Shown here: in pieces, positions 15,208 to 28,697 of the stretch
Layout of the letters: each line of letters begins with the position of its first letter
Numbering within the stretch: the stretch's first letter is position 1
Origin: Chrysomallon squamiferum
Lineage: Eukaryota; Animalia; Mollusca
NCBI GenBank assembly: GCA_012295275.1
Contig: CM022673.1
Span: 15,624,001 to 15,688,000, forward strand
Length of the DNA: 64,000 nucleotides
Direction: 5' to 3'
Position numbers and translations under genes: made by a program
The notes under the pieces: generated by a model
The model's database searches: none
What the model was told of the DNA's origin: nothing
Seen by the model: only the letters and a program-made list of their open reading frames with translations

Positions 15208-16042
15208 CAATGCATTTTAATGGACCATTATGTCATTAAATACACGGATTAAGGATAACATTAAAATCGAGAAATGAAACCGACAGCCGGCAAGCGGGTT
15301 TGTACTTTTTTTCACTTAGCAATAAGAGAATTTTCAAATTCACCTTTCCATGGACAGAAAAGTACTCATCACGGCCTTAATGGCCTTAGTTGGGAAGGCA
15401 AAGAGACCAACAGGTAGTTTTCTACTGCCACGTTCGATAACCAGTGTTATTAGCTATATTCTGTAACGGCGCAAAGACACGGTAGGTGGCACTACTTCTG
15501 TCTTGCTCGCGACAATCAAACTTGGACGACATTCCTGAGATTCACATAAAATAAAAAGGACAGCTCGGAAAGGCAACTCATAAATTTCAACAATCATGGG
15601 TTTATACCAAAATTTCATGTGTGGCCGCGTCATATATATTTTTTTTCTTCTTACTTTTATTGCAAACGTGAAGGTGTCTTGTGGCGTTTTTATGCTCATG
15701 AAAATCTTAACTGGGCAGTAAAGTCACACTTTCGTGTTTATTGTGATGATCAGTTTTCACTACACCGATCAATAGGTGAGGCATTGTTGCAACTGGTTCC
15801 AGAAGCGGATCTAAGGGTGGTGTAAGGGCGTGTAAGGGTTCTTAAACCGAACCTTTGATTCTGCCGTGATTGGACCTATGATGTGTATTGTACAACTGTT
15901 GTAAACCAATGTTTGATTGAATATTATTTTAATTTGTATAAATCCAATAACAAGATTAACTTTAAAAAAATATATCAACCAATGCTAAATACTAAATAAT
16001 ATAAATACCGATTAAGACACGGCCCTACCCTCCAAACAAATA

Positions 16043-16088
<46 letters not shown>

Positions 16089-16649
16089 TTATAGCATAAA
16101 GAAATACTAATGATTACTATCTATTTTAATTTATTTATTTATGTATTTATTATTATTATACGAATTTTTCTTATTTTATTTTATTTTATTTATATCAATA
16201 AAGGTTGTTGTATGAAATATTTAACAGTTTTAATGCTGAAATTGTACGCTTCACGAGGTATATAAAAGTGTCAAGTTGTTCGATAAACTGAAATATTTTG
16301 TAACTCAACACAGGAACTTGAGACATAGTGCAGTTTTTATTAGTTTCTCGAAAATTTTAGTTAAAAAACGAAATTAGGTAAACAAACAAAGAAATATATA
16401 TATACCGAATTCGAGTTCTATTATATATATATATATATATAAACGCACGCAGAAAGAGGCTAATAACTCAAATTAGATATTACGTTAAATAATAATACTA
16501 AAATAAAATTAAAAATACAAACTGATTTTTTTTTTTACTTAATTATTTTTCTTTCATTTTCTGTCTCTTTCGTTTAAATGCATATTTCAATAATTATTAG
16601 GGGCTTGCAAAAATTTTTGTATTCATATTATGCTCTACAACGAACAGAA

Positions 16650-16767
<118 letters not shown>

Positions 16768-18685
16768 CACATTGTTTTCTTTAATGGGATCTTTTATCGA
16801 TCTAAATAAGTAAATAAATAATAGTAAACGAAAATTTATATGTTTTACATGTTTTTTCAAGAAAAAAAAACAACTCATTCCACTGCATTACATAAACGAG
16901 AGGTAGGAACTGAGTGGAAAAGTAAACTGGCGCTGCGGTAATCGGAGAAGTACTGATAAACTAATGATCGATCATGCGTCAAAGTATCGTTTAGACTAAG
17001 CATTTAAAATTAACAACAACACAATTAAAACATCTTCACAGGCATCGCTCAGAAATAAAAGCACGATAATTGTAGCTACACCAATAAACAACAAACACAT
17101 AAAAAAAGCATGGAAATGAGAAGTGATTTAAACAAGACAAGACTAGACCCTTGTCCACCACACAATGGTTTGACCACTGGTCATTACAGCCCGTCTCGAC
17201 CACTGGCGTCGTCATTAATCCGCCGTGTCACAGAACACGGTCTAAAACAAAGACAACTGAAAATATTTTGAAAACAGCACAACATGCGTGATTTGACAGA
17301 TGGCAAAAGAAATCTTGCTGGTAGACATTTTGGATGAGTTGTTTTACGACAGAGAATAATCACGCACTGAAAACGACACCTATAATTTATGACTCCATAA
17401 TGTGACGTGTTTGATTCTATGTCTAGCAGGTTCCCCTGAGTACTGTCTGCAGGCCAAGATTAATAACAAGAGTGCAGCAATAAAATAAAATAAAATGTCT
17501 ACTGCTCTTCCTTTAGAATCAATGCTCCTAAACTGCAACTGAGACTGCTTTACAACCGAACAAGGTTTCTACAAAACCGAAAAAAAAAAAATTTTCTTTT
17601 CTTTTTCTCAATCCCAGTAATATTTTTTGACAACAGATTGATACAGAACAAAGATTCTTGAACAAACAAAATTGTAGAAAATTGAATCGTATTCAGAATC
17701 TGAAAACAGAACAAACTTCCTAAACAAGAATTTAAAATTTCCATATCGCCACAAATTTGAAATTTGCTGATTTATTCGAAGTATCCTGACAACTAAAGTT
17801 TTGTTGTTCACCAAAAACACTGAGCATTATACTAAACATATGATCATCTCCTGGAAAGTTAAATTGTTCCTTTGAGTTATACTGTTAACATCCAACTTCT
17901 AATAAACTTCTCTTTTAAGTACTCTTTCGGCTTAGTTTTAATGAACAAGGAGTGTGTATTTAAGCTAGTCTATTCCTTTGAGTCATTTTTCAAACAAACC
18001 TTTAGATAGCATGGTTTTGTTGTTAAGTTGTAACGTAGTTTTTAAAATAATTAGTGGATTTTACTATCATGATTTTTCCGTCCGAGCTTCCTTTTAGTAT
18101 AAACACAACACATTATTCTTTTCAGTTTTCAAAATGTGCCAAAAAAAAAAAAGTAAAAGAAAAGGTCAAACCAGAAATCATGGTTCATTCTTTATGTCGT
18201 TGTCTCATGAACTGTAGGATTCATAGAGAGAAAGAGGAATGGATGGATTGTTGCATGGATGGATGAATAAATAGCTGAATGGATGTATGAATGGACTGAT
18301 GGATGGTTGGATTAACTAGTGTATAAATGAAGTATAGATGGATAGATGGATGAAGGAATAAAGGAACAGATGAATAGACGAAGGAATGGATCTACAACTG
18401 GACTTAATCATGCATATTAAACTGGTAACTAAGTAGCAAGTCAGACGATAAATTAATATAAGCAGGCAGAGAGATAAAAATACATGAAGAGATACAGACA
18501 ATTACCTAGAGAGATAACAAACTATATAATATATAACAGTTATGTAGAAACTATTTAGCTTACACATTTTTACACTCATAATTAACAGTTGAGAGACTTT
18601 TTTTCATAACATCGCGTTCTAATAATATTATATTAAAAAGCGTTACCAGTTTGTCAATACTAAATACACACACACTTGAACTCAC

Positions 18686-18815
18686 CTCTGCAAATGACAC
18701 TGCTTGGCGGAGTATGTCCCATCACGGTTGCAGCTGGGGGAGAACCCGCGTCGCTTGGATACCATAGCATGAAACCAGCAGTTAGAAAGCATCTGCGGTT
18801 CGTCCCACTTAATGG
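18686..18815 (-). CDS. Coding exon 3: N-terminal half of thyroglobulin type-1 domain
   Basis: Acceptor ctttttctttgttaattcag|, donor GAG|GTGAGT. Phase-1 translation AIKWDEPQMLSNCWFHAMVSKRRGFSPSCNRDGTYSAKQCHLQ(R) matches the TY pattern C...FxPxCxxDGxYxxxQC. Absent from the ORF track. Confidence 0.92.
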
Positions 18816-20179
18816 CTGAATTAACAAAGAAAAAGAGTAAATAAAATTTGTTTATGCCTAAAGAGCTCCAATCTTCCGGTTTTCTTAGCAGCCGTTAAAG
18901 AATTTTATTATTAAACTCTGCGTGTTTTATTGCTACTTCCAGGTTAGTTTAATGATATACGGAACTCATTTTGATGTAAAGACGTGTGTAATACAGGTTC
19001 ATTTTAGGTAGATGTTGCAGAGTGAAATACATAAATAAATTTTATGGTCATTGCGCTGAAGTAGGTATGGGTTGTATGTCTTTTTGACCTTGCCGACAAC
19101 AACTTATATATATTAAATTGTATCGAATCCTATATTGTTCAGTAAACGTGATCATAATTTTTAGAACGTTAAGAACAAGCAGAGATGAAAAAAAAGAAGA
19201 AAAAAAGATGCAAATAGAAAGACAGCGGGACAGAAAGATAGAGAGACAGAGGCAGAGAGTTGTCCCTATAAATATGTAATTTATACACATTTGAAATCTA
19301 GCTTATTTATTTATTCATTTATTTATTAATTACTGGGACAGTTCCAATCTTTAGTCTGAATTTAAACCGTCAGTCTCTCATTTGCATACATCATTAACCC
19401 GTAACGAGTTATCATAAGTAGGGCGAATTAAATGAAATGAAAAGAGGGTGCAAAATACGGTCAATCAGCATCACAGGCGGAGGATAATGACCTGGGAGGG
19501 GCGCGTCACGGTCAGTTTGTATTACTTTATTGACGTGTCATAATGTGATGACCAGTGGATACCAATAAAGTCGTCAATTTTTAATTAAAGTAGCTCTCTA
19601 TCTTAGAACTTTCTGGATAACTACAGCTGGGTACACGACAGGCGTACTTGGAGGAAACATATCAGAAGTACTTACATTAATAAAACGGGTTAGTGGGTAA
19701 ATGGCCTAAGTGGAACAATCTGATAGTTATTTATAATTGTAAATTTATTTTAAACAAAAAACATAAAAGCAACTGCCTGGCAACCTCGATAGGTTTTAAC
19801 CAAAACCAATTACGACTGCGTCATTATTAATAATGTCAGAAAACATCATGGGAGGGTATTTGGCAGACGGTTTCATGCTAGTATGTATTAGAATTAACAA
19901 CATTCCTAATATTCCTCTGTCATTTAGATTAATACATTCTTTGTAATAGTTTACAGTTTGTTGATTTTGTTCAATCTTCCTTTACATTTATTACCTTTAA
20001 ATATATTTTTGTCTACTACTGTATATTTTTTAACGATTTTATTTCATGGAACGCCAGATGTTTTGGAATGAACGTGTTAAGAGAAAGCGAAAGCTGGAAA
20101 TGTATGAGAATGAAAAGAAAAAATAAGAGAAATTAAAGAGAATTAATTAAAAGAAATAAAGTGAGAAATAATAATAAAA

Positions 20180-20229
<50 letters not shown>

Positions 20230-20631
20230 TATTATTATTATTATTATTATTATTTTGTTACACATATATAGACATAGCACACAATATTAGAAGAAATAAA
20301 TGATAGTACAATTCATTAATGACGATCACTACTGCAACTACTCCAAGTACTATAGTGTTAGTAGTTGTAATAAAAATCGTTACATCATTAGAATTTTCTT
20401 TTAAAGATTTAAAATAAAATTTAGGCTAATGATTACAAGTTAGACCAGAATAATGAAGTCAGTGATATATCCTAAGTGACAAAGCGAAGATAATCCTGAA
20501 ACATCCTAAGGCAGGCTTTATTTCATTACAGTGATAATGAACTCTTTTGTATTGGGAGATTAATCTAGTTTAAGGTAAATATAAACTAAGGATGAAAAAG
20601 ATCACGAAATGAAATATAGCCTTGAAATACA

Positions 20632-20728
<97 letters not shown>

Positions 20729-21110
20729 ATATTTCCTTTTTCTTTTATATTCTTTTTTCTTTCTTTAGCATTATATATATTACTCTCAATCATTTTATTT
20801 GTTTGTTTTTCGCTTCCTGCATTTTAATTTTTCTAATGTTTGTTGTATTTTCGTTCTGCCGTTCGTATTTCACACTTCCTAATATCAGATAATCATTTAC
20901 TATAAAAGAAGACAATTTTTTTTCTTAGTTTCTCAACTATTCATAATCATACCAAAATGACTCTAATTTATGAAACATCAAACAAATCTAATAACTGAAA
21001 TTAAGTAATTATATAATAAATCTTACAAGTAACGGTGTTCCTTTTCTATCATTGATGTTATATCTAAAAGATCGCGAATGTAAAAACCAATAATAATAAT
21101 AGTAATAAAA

Positions 21111-21144
<34 letters not shown>

Positions 21145-21989
21145 GAGATATCATAAAAATAATTAAAAAACTAAAAATTATGAATGTAAAATAATGTATG
21201 ACTAATTATTCAAATTCGGCTATTAATCTAGGTATGAGAAAATCGCCCCCGCTTTCCATACAAATCTAAAACCACGAAAATTAATAAAAGCAATTCAGTA
21301 TTTGCATACAGATAAGCATTCTTTATCCGTTTGACCCGGTTTCCCATTTCATTAAGAATTAATACTTTCTATACGTTGATGGATCTTCCATCCATATTTC
21401 CTACCATCGCCAGCACTCAAACAAAGCTCTCGTTTTTCCCACTAAAAAGACTTCATGATTGCTGTTTTGTGAACTCGGATGTGAGAGACCGATGGGGAAA
21501 ATAAGGTGAACCGCTGTCAAACCCAATCAGTTAGTTTGCTTGGACAAGAGAAAGACCATACAAGTAATTTCAATGTGTCTGAAAACGAATCTTAAACAGC
21601 GCCATGAACCGTGCTATAAAACAACACGGAAACGCGTACACTTTTCTATGAACATATATCCAGTACATTAAATTGCTTTATATATATATGCTTGTTTGTG
21701 TGTGTTTGTTTCTTCCGTTCTTACTTTTATAATTATTGTATTCTATTTTATAGATTTATTATCATTGCACTGTTACTGTTAATACAAATACTGCTGATAC
21801 TAACTACTATTACTACTCTGCTACTACTACTACTGATGCTGCTGCTATTGATACTACCACTACTTATACTACTAATAATAATAGTAATAATATTCCTGCT
21901 GCTACTGCTTTTATAACTACCATTCCTACTTCTTCTATTATTATTTATTTCAGCTATTATATATATATATATTCCTATTATATATATAT

Positions 21990-22068
<79 letters not shown>

Positions 22069-22632
22069 TTATTTAGTTATTGCTTCAAAGTTTTTGGTGC
22101 GAGTTTTTGTGACTATATATAAAAGCATATATAAAGGATTTTTGCTCAGTGAGTATTGATGCAAATACTTTCTGGACACACGACTCAGCTTACTGCAGAA
22201 CTTAACCAAATCATTATTAGTATTTAAGTATGTTAGAAGATTAACAAGAAACAAGAGAAAGTGCATAGCATTAAACTATACACTTAATTCTGGTAGAAAC
22301 ATGTAACAGGCGGCGTTCTATGTACCTATCCATCTTAAAGCTTAGTGTTTAAACACCAAAAATGGTGGAAAAATAAACAAATAAAATCTTTCCAACAGAA
22401 TGTGACACTATAGCGTAAAGATGGGTATTTTATTTTCTTGATATGGCAGATGAACAGGTAAATGAAACATAAGTATATCATTAAAATAAACATCTTGCCA
22501 ATTAAATTTAAACTAGAGATTGCTGGATGAGCGAGTCTTTGGTGTATTTTTTGAATTTTTTTAGATTTTTATTTGACCCTGATTTACAATTACGTTTTTC
22601 TGGTTAAAAATATTCTGATAAATAGTTAATTT

Positions 22633-22664
<32 letters not shown>

Positions 22665-22800
22665 TATTTCATTTTTTTTCTGTTAACAATCATAAAAAAC
22701 CCTCAAAACAACTGCAGTTAACAGCCAAGTTCGATTTCTAAGAACAAAACATACTGAAAATTTTTAAGTTAATACTTTTTAACAGGATTGCTACCAGTTT

Positions 22801-22895
<95 letters not shown>

Positions 22896-23485
22896 TATGA
22901 AGTTTAAAATAATGTCAAGGTCAGCAAATTTATTTCAGCTTTTTCAGAAAGTCTGAACTCTCTATTATGTAGCACCCATCTACTTCCATACTGTGTCTAT
23001 ATCTTTCATTGTTCTCTTTTTCTATAATATTCTGTGTCTGAAACCAAAAATTGTTTCATGTACAATGACATACTGCTTGAAAAATGATCTAAAACTGGAA
23101 ACCCTATTGCGAGATGATCAAGAACGATGTTGTCGAGTGTACGGGTTAAGCTAGTAACATGGGTGGCATAAGCTAGTCGCCATTATGGGTATATGATATA
23201 TGAGCGCCGCCTGACGGCCGGCCGGTCAGTATATTTTCCATTCTGTCAAGAACTCTCACTCTACAAAAGTTTCTTGGCGTGCGATTTTACGGTACACAAC
23301 CTTTCGTGATTTACGAGTTTCAGAGAGTGAGAGAAAAAAAAGTTTTTCTTTAAAGCATTTACTTATTTTTATTCATTTAATTTTTTTTTTTTTTTTTAAA
23401 TCGTTTCAGGAGGGAAAAAAAAGTTCAAAAAATAAAAATAAACTAAAGTTATTGAAGTTTAAGTAAATTACGATTACATTAAAAA

Positions 23486-23522
<37 letters not shown>

Positions 23523-23651
23523 AAATGTCAATTTAAATTTATTTCTGCAATCTCTCTCTTTATCTATCTCTCATTCTGTCTGCCTGCCTGTTATTTTTCC
23601 GTCAATCCATACATCCATCCGTCTATTGAATTGTCCATGTATGTGTATGTG

Positions 23652-23685
<34 letters not shown>

Positions 23686-23717
23686 CCGAAATCTTTCCTT
23701 CTAATTTCTTTCGCCAT

Positions 23718-23755
<38 letters not shown>

Positions 23756-24104
23756 CTGTTTTCAGCCCTCTTGTACTCTTCAGCAAGTTATGCAACATCC
23801 AATTTTGATGTTATTAAAGAGAGTAGAAAATAACTGTTTCTGCAAATACTTCGGTTATTCAAATGTAATTTTGTATAATAAATATAATTAGCTTGGCGTC
23901 GCTATCTACTGGCAGAGTTGGATACAAATAAACAGAAAATAAATAAAGTGTCTCACTCAAGAATGTGTTATTCAAGCAATAGGAATCTGCTACATAGTTA
24001 AATTTTCAATTTCTGTAATATTCTTTCTTTCTTCTTCTTCTTCTTTTTTTTTTTTTTTTTTTTTTTTTCTCTGTTTTAATGAGAATATTTCTGTTTTCAT
24101 AGGA

Positions 24105-24171
<67 letters not shown>

Positions 24172-26884
24172 CTCTTTATTTTTATCTTCCCTTTTTTTCT
24201 CAAAAAGAAATGAAAACTAACTGAATCGCTGAGATGGCTAAATAAATAATACATTCGAGTGATAGAAAACAAAGAAAAGAAAACGAATATTTGAGCGGCT
24301 AACAAATTAAGCATCTACGTAATTGATGAAGACAATAATAATTGCAGTAATAATGATGATGATTTTAACTAAAGATGATGATGATGATGATGATGATGAA
24401 GACGAAGAAAAAGAAGATGAAAGAAGTTTTACGAAAATTTAATAAATGGAACTGTTAACACTTTGCACTGGTGTGTCATTTGAGTATTTGCATAACCTGT
24501 CCTTTATTTCTATCGTGTTTGTGAATTCTGAACATTTTTGGAAAGATTCTACTAGGTCTTCAAGTGCAGTGGATACCTGAAGTGTCAAGATTTAACACAT
24601 TAAAGTAATTAACTTGCAATTTGTACAGGTGAGAATATCGCTTTTCCGACTACAGATTGCGCGTTGGATGATTAATTCTAAATGAGCAAGGTCCGTAAAT
24701 TATGCGCTGTTTGAAGTTTGATAAAAATAGTGTTTAAAACCAAAACTGCCTTTATGTATTATCAATTAAGTGTTTTGTACCAAAAGCTCATTTATTTTTT
24801 ACTGGATCTGTTTATTTCTAAAACGTCGCAAATGCAATAGTAATAGTGATAGTAGTAGCGGCAGTAAAACAGTAGCAGTCGTAGCCGTAGTAGTTGTAGT
24901 AGTAGTAGCAGTCATAATATTAGTGTAGTAGTAATAGTATTGTAGTAGAAGCGGCAACAGCAACAGCAACAACAGCAACAGCAACAACAGCAAAACTGGT
25001 ACTGAAAGGTTCAAGATTTAGCAATACCTTTTAGGGCCTCAGTGGACTGATAAACTTTTTAGTGTACGTAATTTTATTAACAATGGGTTCCTCAACTGAA
25101 TAATATTTTTAATAATAATAATAATATTTCGAAGATTTATTTCCCGTTTTGTAAAAAGGTGTGAACGTTTTTAAATAGATGTTTTGGTGGGGTTTTTTTG
25201 TAAACACTTTTCAAACATTAAGTTAGTTATTGCTGTTTACGTCTGTTCACATAGTGAAAGTTAAAAGTGGCTACACCCTTCATGTTCCGATAAGGTCGCG
25301 TGATGTTCTAGTACTACAGCTATCGCGTCGATCGTAAACACGAGTTAAATATTCATCTTGCGGTAATGTTATCTTTTTGGAGAACGTAGGCGAAGTTGTG
25401 ACTTCTAAGATACGTGTTTTAATCCGCAATTATCATCATCATTAATATTATCAGAGTTGCTAGTGGTTTTACGATTAATTGTTGTGATACTAAAAGTGGA
25501 AGAAGTAGCATTAGCACGAATACATTGTTAAAATAGACGTAGTACTGATGGTATTAACAGTAGCAGTAGTAGTAGTAGTCACCCAGAGTCGCAGTAATTA
25601 GTAGCATGGCCTAGGAGTAGTTGAAGTTGTTGTAATTGCAGAGGTAGCAGCAGCTGTAGTAACTTTGTAAAGTTGAAGATGAATTAGATGTTTCCAATTT
25701 TGGTAACTTATTACTATTAAGATGACAAAAAGAAGAAAAAAAATAGGTAACTAAAATAACAATAATTTCATAATTAAATTTTTCTTGAAGAAATATAACA
25801 TAAGGCTTCTGCCTAAGAATTCGTTATTTTGTAATTAACGCATCTGTGGCAGAAAAGGCAAGATATTAGATGTCTCCTTTGGATTTATTTGCTGTTGTTA
25901 GTGTTGATGTTGTTATTGCTGTCATCGTTATTTATTTATTTCTTCTTTTATTTATTTTTTTATTTATTATTTATGTTACAGTCTGAAATTGTCAATGTAA
26001 CTAACAAACAGTTTTGCCCACATGCAGTACACGATGCTACTGGAAATACGACGGTAGGACCAAATAAACAGTGGCGTGTAACAAATGCGGAAACAATTTC
26101 AGTTAATGCTAAAACACTGGAAACGATTAGATGTTATTAACTCCGCAACAAACAATTCTGTGAACTAACAAGCAGATTAGAATCAATGATTTCCAGCTAC
26201 ATACATCTAATTACAATCCTTTTCGAGTTCCGCGGTAGTTGGGGTTTGGCATGTGCATGCCACGTGGTGCCGGAGCTCGACATAGATCCATCAAATATCC
26301 ATCCGCGTCAGAATTACACCTATTCTCCCGCCATTATTAAGGAAAACACGCACCCAAACGACTTCCGGGCACGTGTTTTTGTTACGAGATGGAATATCCG
26401 GTTTCTTGTGTTTAAGTGTATGGTTGGTCACAATAACAAATATAATTGTTGTTACTATAATTCAAACTTGTCGTACGATTGTCTTAAACAATTTTAAAAC
26501 TGACTGTTACGTGAGACTGAATTTTGTTGCATGCTATTATAATTTGCTATTGCATTTGTTCAAAAGGATACTTTTAACCCTTTTTTATTCAAACAAAATT
26601 AAATTTTATTGGAAGATATCATGATGTCAAAATAGAAATTATTGCAATGACATATAAGATATATTTTAAAAAGCCGTTTAGTTATTTATCGAATTTAGAG
26701 AATGCTCACAACCCTAAGCTGGATTTCATCCAGTTGTCATAATAATTAACAGATAATAATTTACCAGATGGAAAACCCTGGTCATATCAAAGGCATTCAG
26801 TCTTTCATAAGAAATATTCTGATTATTTTCAGAAGTAATTAGCAGAACACGATGGTAATTTAGTTCTCTACTTAATAACGTTAC

Positions 26885-27193
26885 CTTTGGGATTTGTAGC
26901 AAAGAGATCAGAAAACTGTCTCTCTTCTTCCTCCTCGATCGCTATTGGCCCGTTCGGCTGATCGCTTATATCATCGTTCGCGACCTCATCTTCACCATCG
27001 GTGAAAATGTCATCATCATCATCAAGGTCATGGAAGATGTGACGTTTCCAAACTGTTCTTCGCGGTGTTTCTTGGACCTCGTAATTATCCTTGACATCGA
27101 TTGCTACGATGGTACCCGTGGTGTTAAGAAGAGGCAAATTTATTCTCTCATAACCCTCATCCTTTGGCATTAAGTGAGTGTGAGGTTTGTTCA
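26885..27193 (-). CDS. Coding exon 2: acidic segment with RRTVWKR convertase site
   Basis: Acceptor tatttttatgtttatag|TG completes G|TG (Val). Open for 309 nt (VNKPHTHL...DLDDDDDIFTDGEDE...NPK), composition matches the end of exon 1, donor AAG|GTAACG phase 1. Confidence 0.88.
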
Positions 27194-28027
27194 CTATAAA
27201 CATAAAAATAACTTTTAAGCAGCAAGATTAAAGTGACGCCAATAGGCATAATGCCTCTTATTACATAAAAGGATTATCTAACTACACATAAACATACATT
27301 GACTCTATAATTTATAAAACTATGCCTGCTTTCAATTTATTAATCCTTAAATGAAAATTATTTTAACGCAATAAAACTAATTAACATTTGTAAAATATTT
27401 TAATCACAAACAAACATAATAGTAGTAATGATATTATTCTTATGATTGTTGTTTGTTTATTTTTTTGTTTTCATTTTTTGTTGTTGTTTTACATTAAATA
27501 AAGAATTATATTTTAAACTGTGGGGAAAAGATCTCTTGACGTTTATTTATTTATTTAGTCATTCATTTATTGTGTAATCTGATATTATAACATATAAATA
27601 AAATTAAAAAAAATAATAATAAAAAATAAAAATATGGCTTATTACAGGGAAAGAAGTGTAGAACATAGATGCAGTACCAGTCCTGGCTATTCAAAGATAC
27701 TGTCTTCAAAAAAGAAACGCGAACTCATCTATAAAATATTTAAGACCGAAACCCAATAATTACAGTTTCATGAAATTTACTTCCTTTCTGTGCACGGTCA
27801 GTATCAGTGAGATATAATTCTATGCTTATTGGAATGTCATTGTCACAGTTAATTGGCCTGCCTCCCCTTTTTAATCCACTTCTCATCGCGGCTTGTTTTG
27901 GGCGTGGCACGACTGAGTATAGTTGGACAGAATTTATAATCTGAAGCCGCCGCCATTCATTCATCGCAGCACGGGGCAGCAGGCTTCGGCCAACAGTGAT
28001 ACCTTCTGGACAATACAAGGGGCAGAT

Positions 28028-28045
28028 TGACCTATAGGTAGGTCA
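28028..28045. promoter_or_regulatory. Perfect nuclear-receptor everted repeat ER6 in intron 1
   Basis: TGACCT-ATAGGT-AGGTCA inside a GC-richer island (~27850-28090). Confidence 0.4.
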
Positions 28046-28697
28046 GTGCGAGCAACAGGCAAGAAACTGTCTTGACCAAAGGGTCAGAACAGTGCAAGCG
28101 TATTAATATGCCTTTGATTCGGTTTACTGGAGGATTATCGCTCCAAAAGTACTTTTCTTTTACAAGCATGCCGACAGTGTCTGCACATAAATTATTAGGA
28201 TTTAGGTTCGTTGACAATTTAGATGTTTTAAAGTTAAACATCCACATGCTGAAAATATTATTTACGTCTCCATGTCTTCTTTGAAAATTTAAATAATTTT
28301 CCGTCAAAGAATCATCTTACGGCTGATTTTTTCTTTGTACAAACTGTGTTGACCATGCAAATATATGAAAGATTTTTAAGCCACGATGGAACTGAAAGGA
28401 AGAGAATGTTGGCAATGGAATGGATATGAACTAATGAATATTTTTATTGAATAAATATTTGATAGGATAACAGTTGTGGATGGCAGAGAAATTATTACAT
28501 ATTGCAAAAACAAATAAATAGAAATCCATTTGTGCAACTTTGATTTCGGGAAGCTGAATTTAGCTGATAAACCATTTCCAAAGCAACATATCAAGTGTTT
28601 CAGGTAAAAAGTGTAATTAAAAAACGAAAACCAACAAAATAAATACATCTAAAATGTAATAATGTTAACTGTTTAATTAAAAGAAAATTATTCTCAC

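Noticed and set aside
15800-15860. CAGAAGCGGATCTAAGGG, resembling the terminus of hAT-type non-autonomous elements
   Set aside because: No matching opposite terminus or TSD found.
23205-23230. GC-rich mini-hairpin CTGAC-GGCCGGCCG-GTCAG, a possible Helitron end
   Set aside because: No correctly placed CTRR terminus or other element features.
27740-28307. Two minus-strand ORFs (92 and 91 aa) inside intron 1
   Set aside because: Non-ATG starts, different frames, no recognisable domain and no convincing phase-compatible splice pair found.
28600-28697. C-terminal hydrophobic tail of the 2949-aa ORF (ENNFLLIKQ...LITLFT), superficially a membrane anchor
   Set aside because: It lies after a strong CAG|GTGAGA donor with a phase-matched downstream exon, so it is best read as intron read-through. 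The GTG start at 37449 is likewise replaced by the ATG at 37434.
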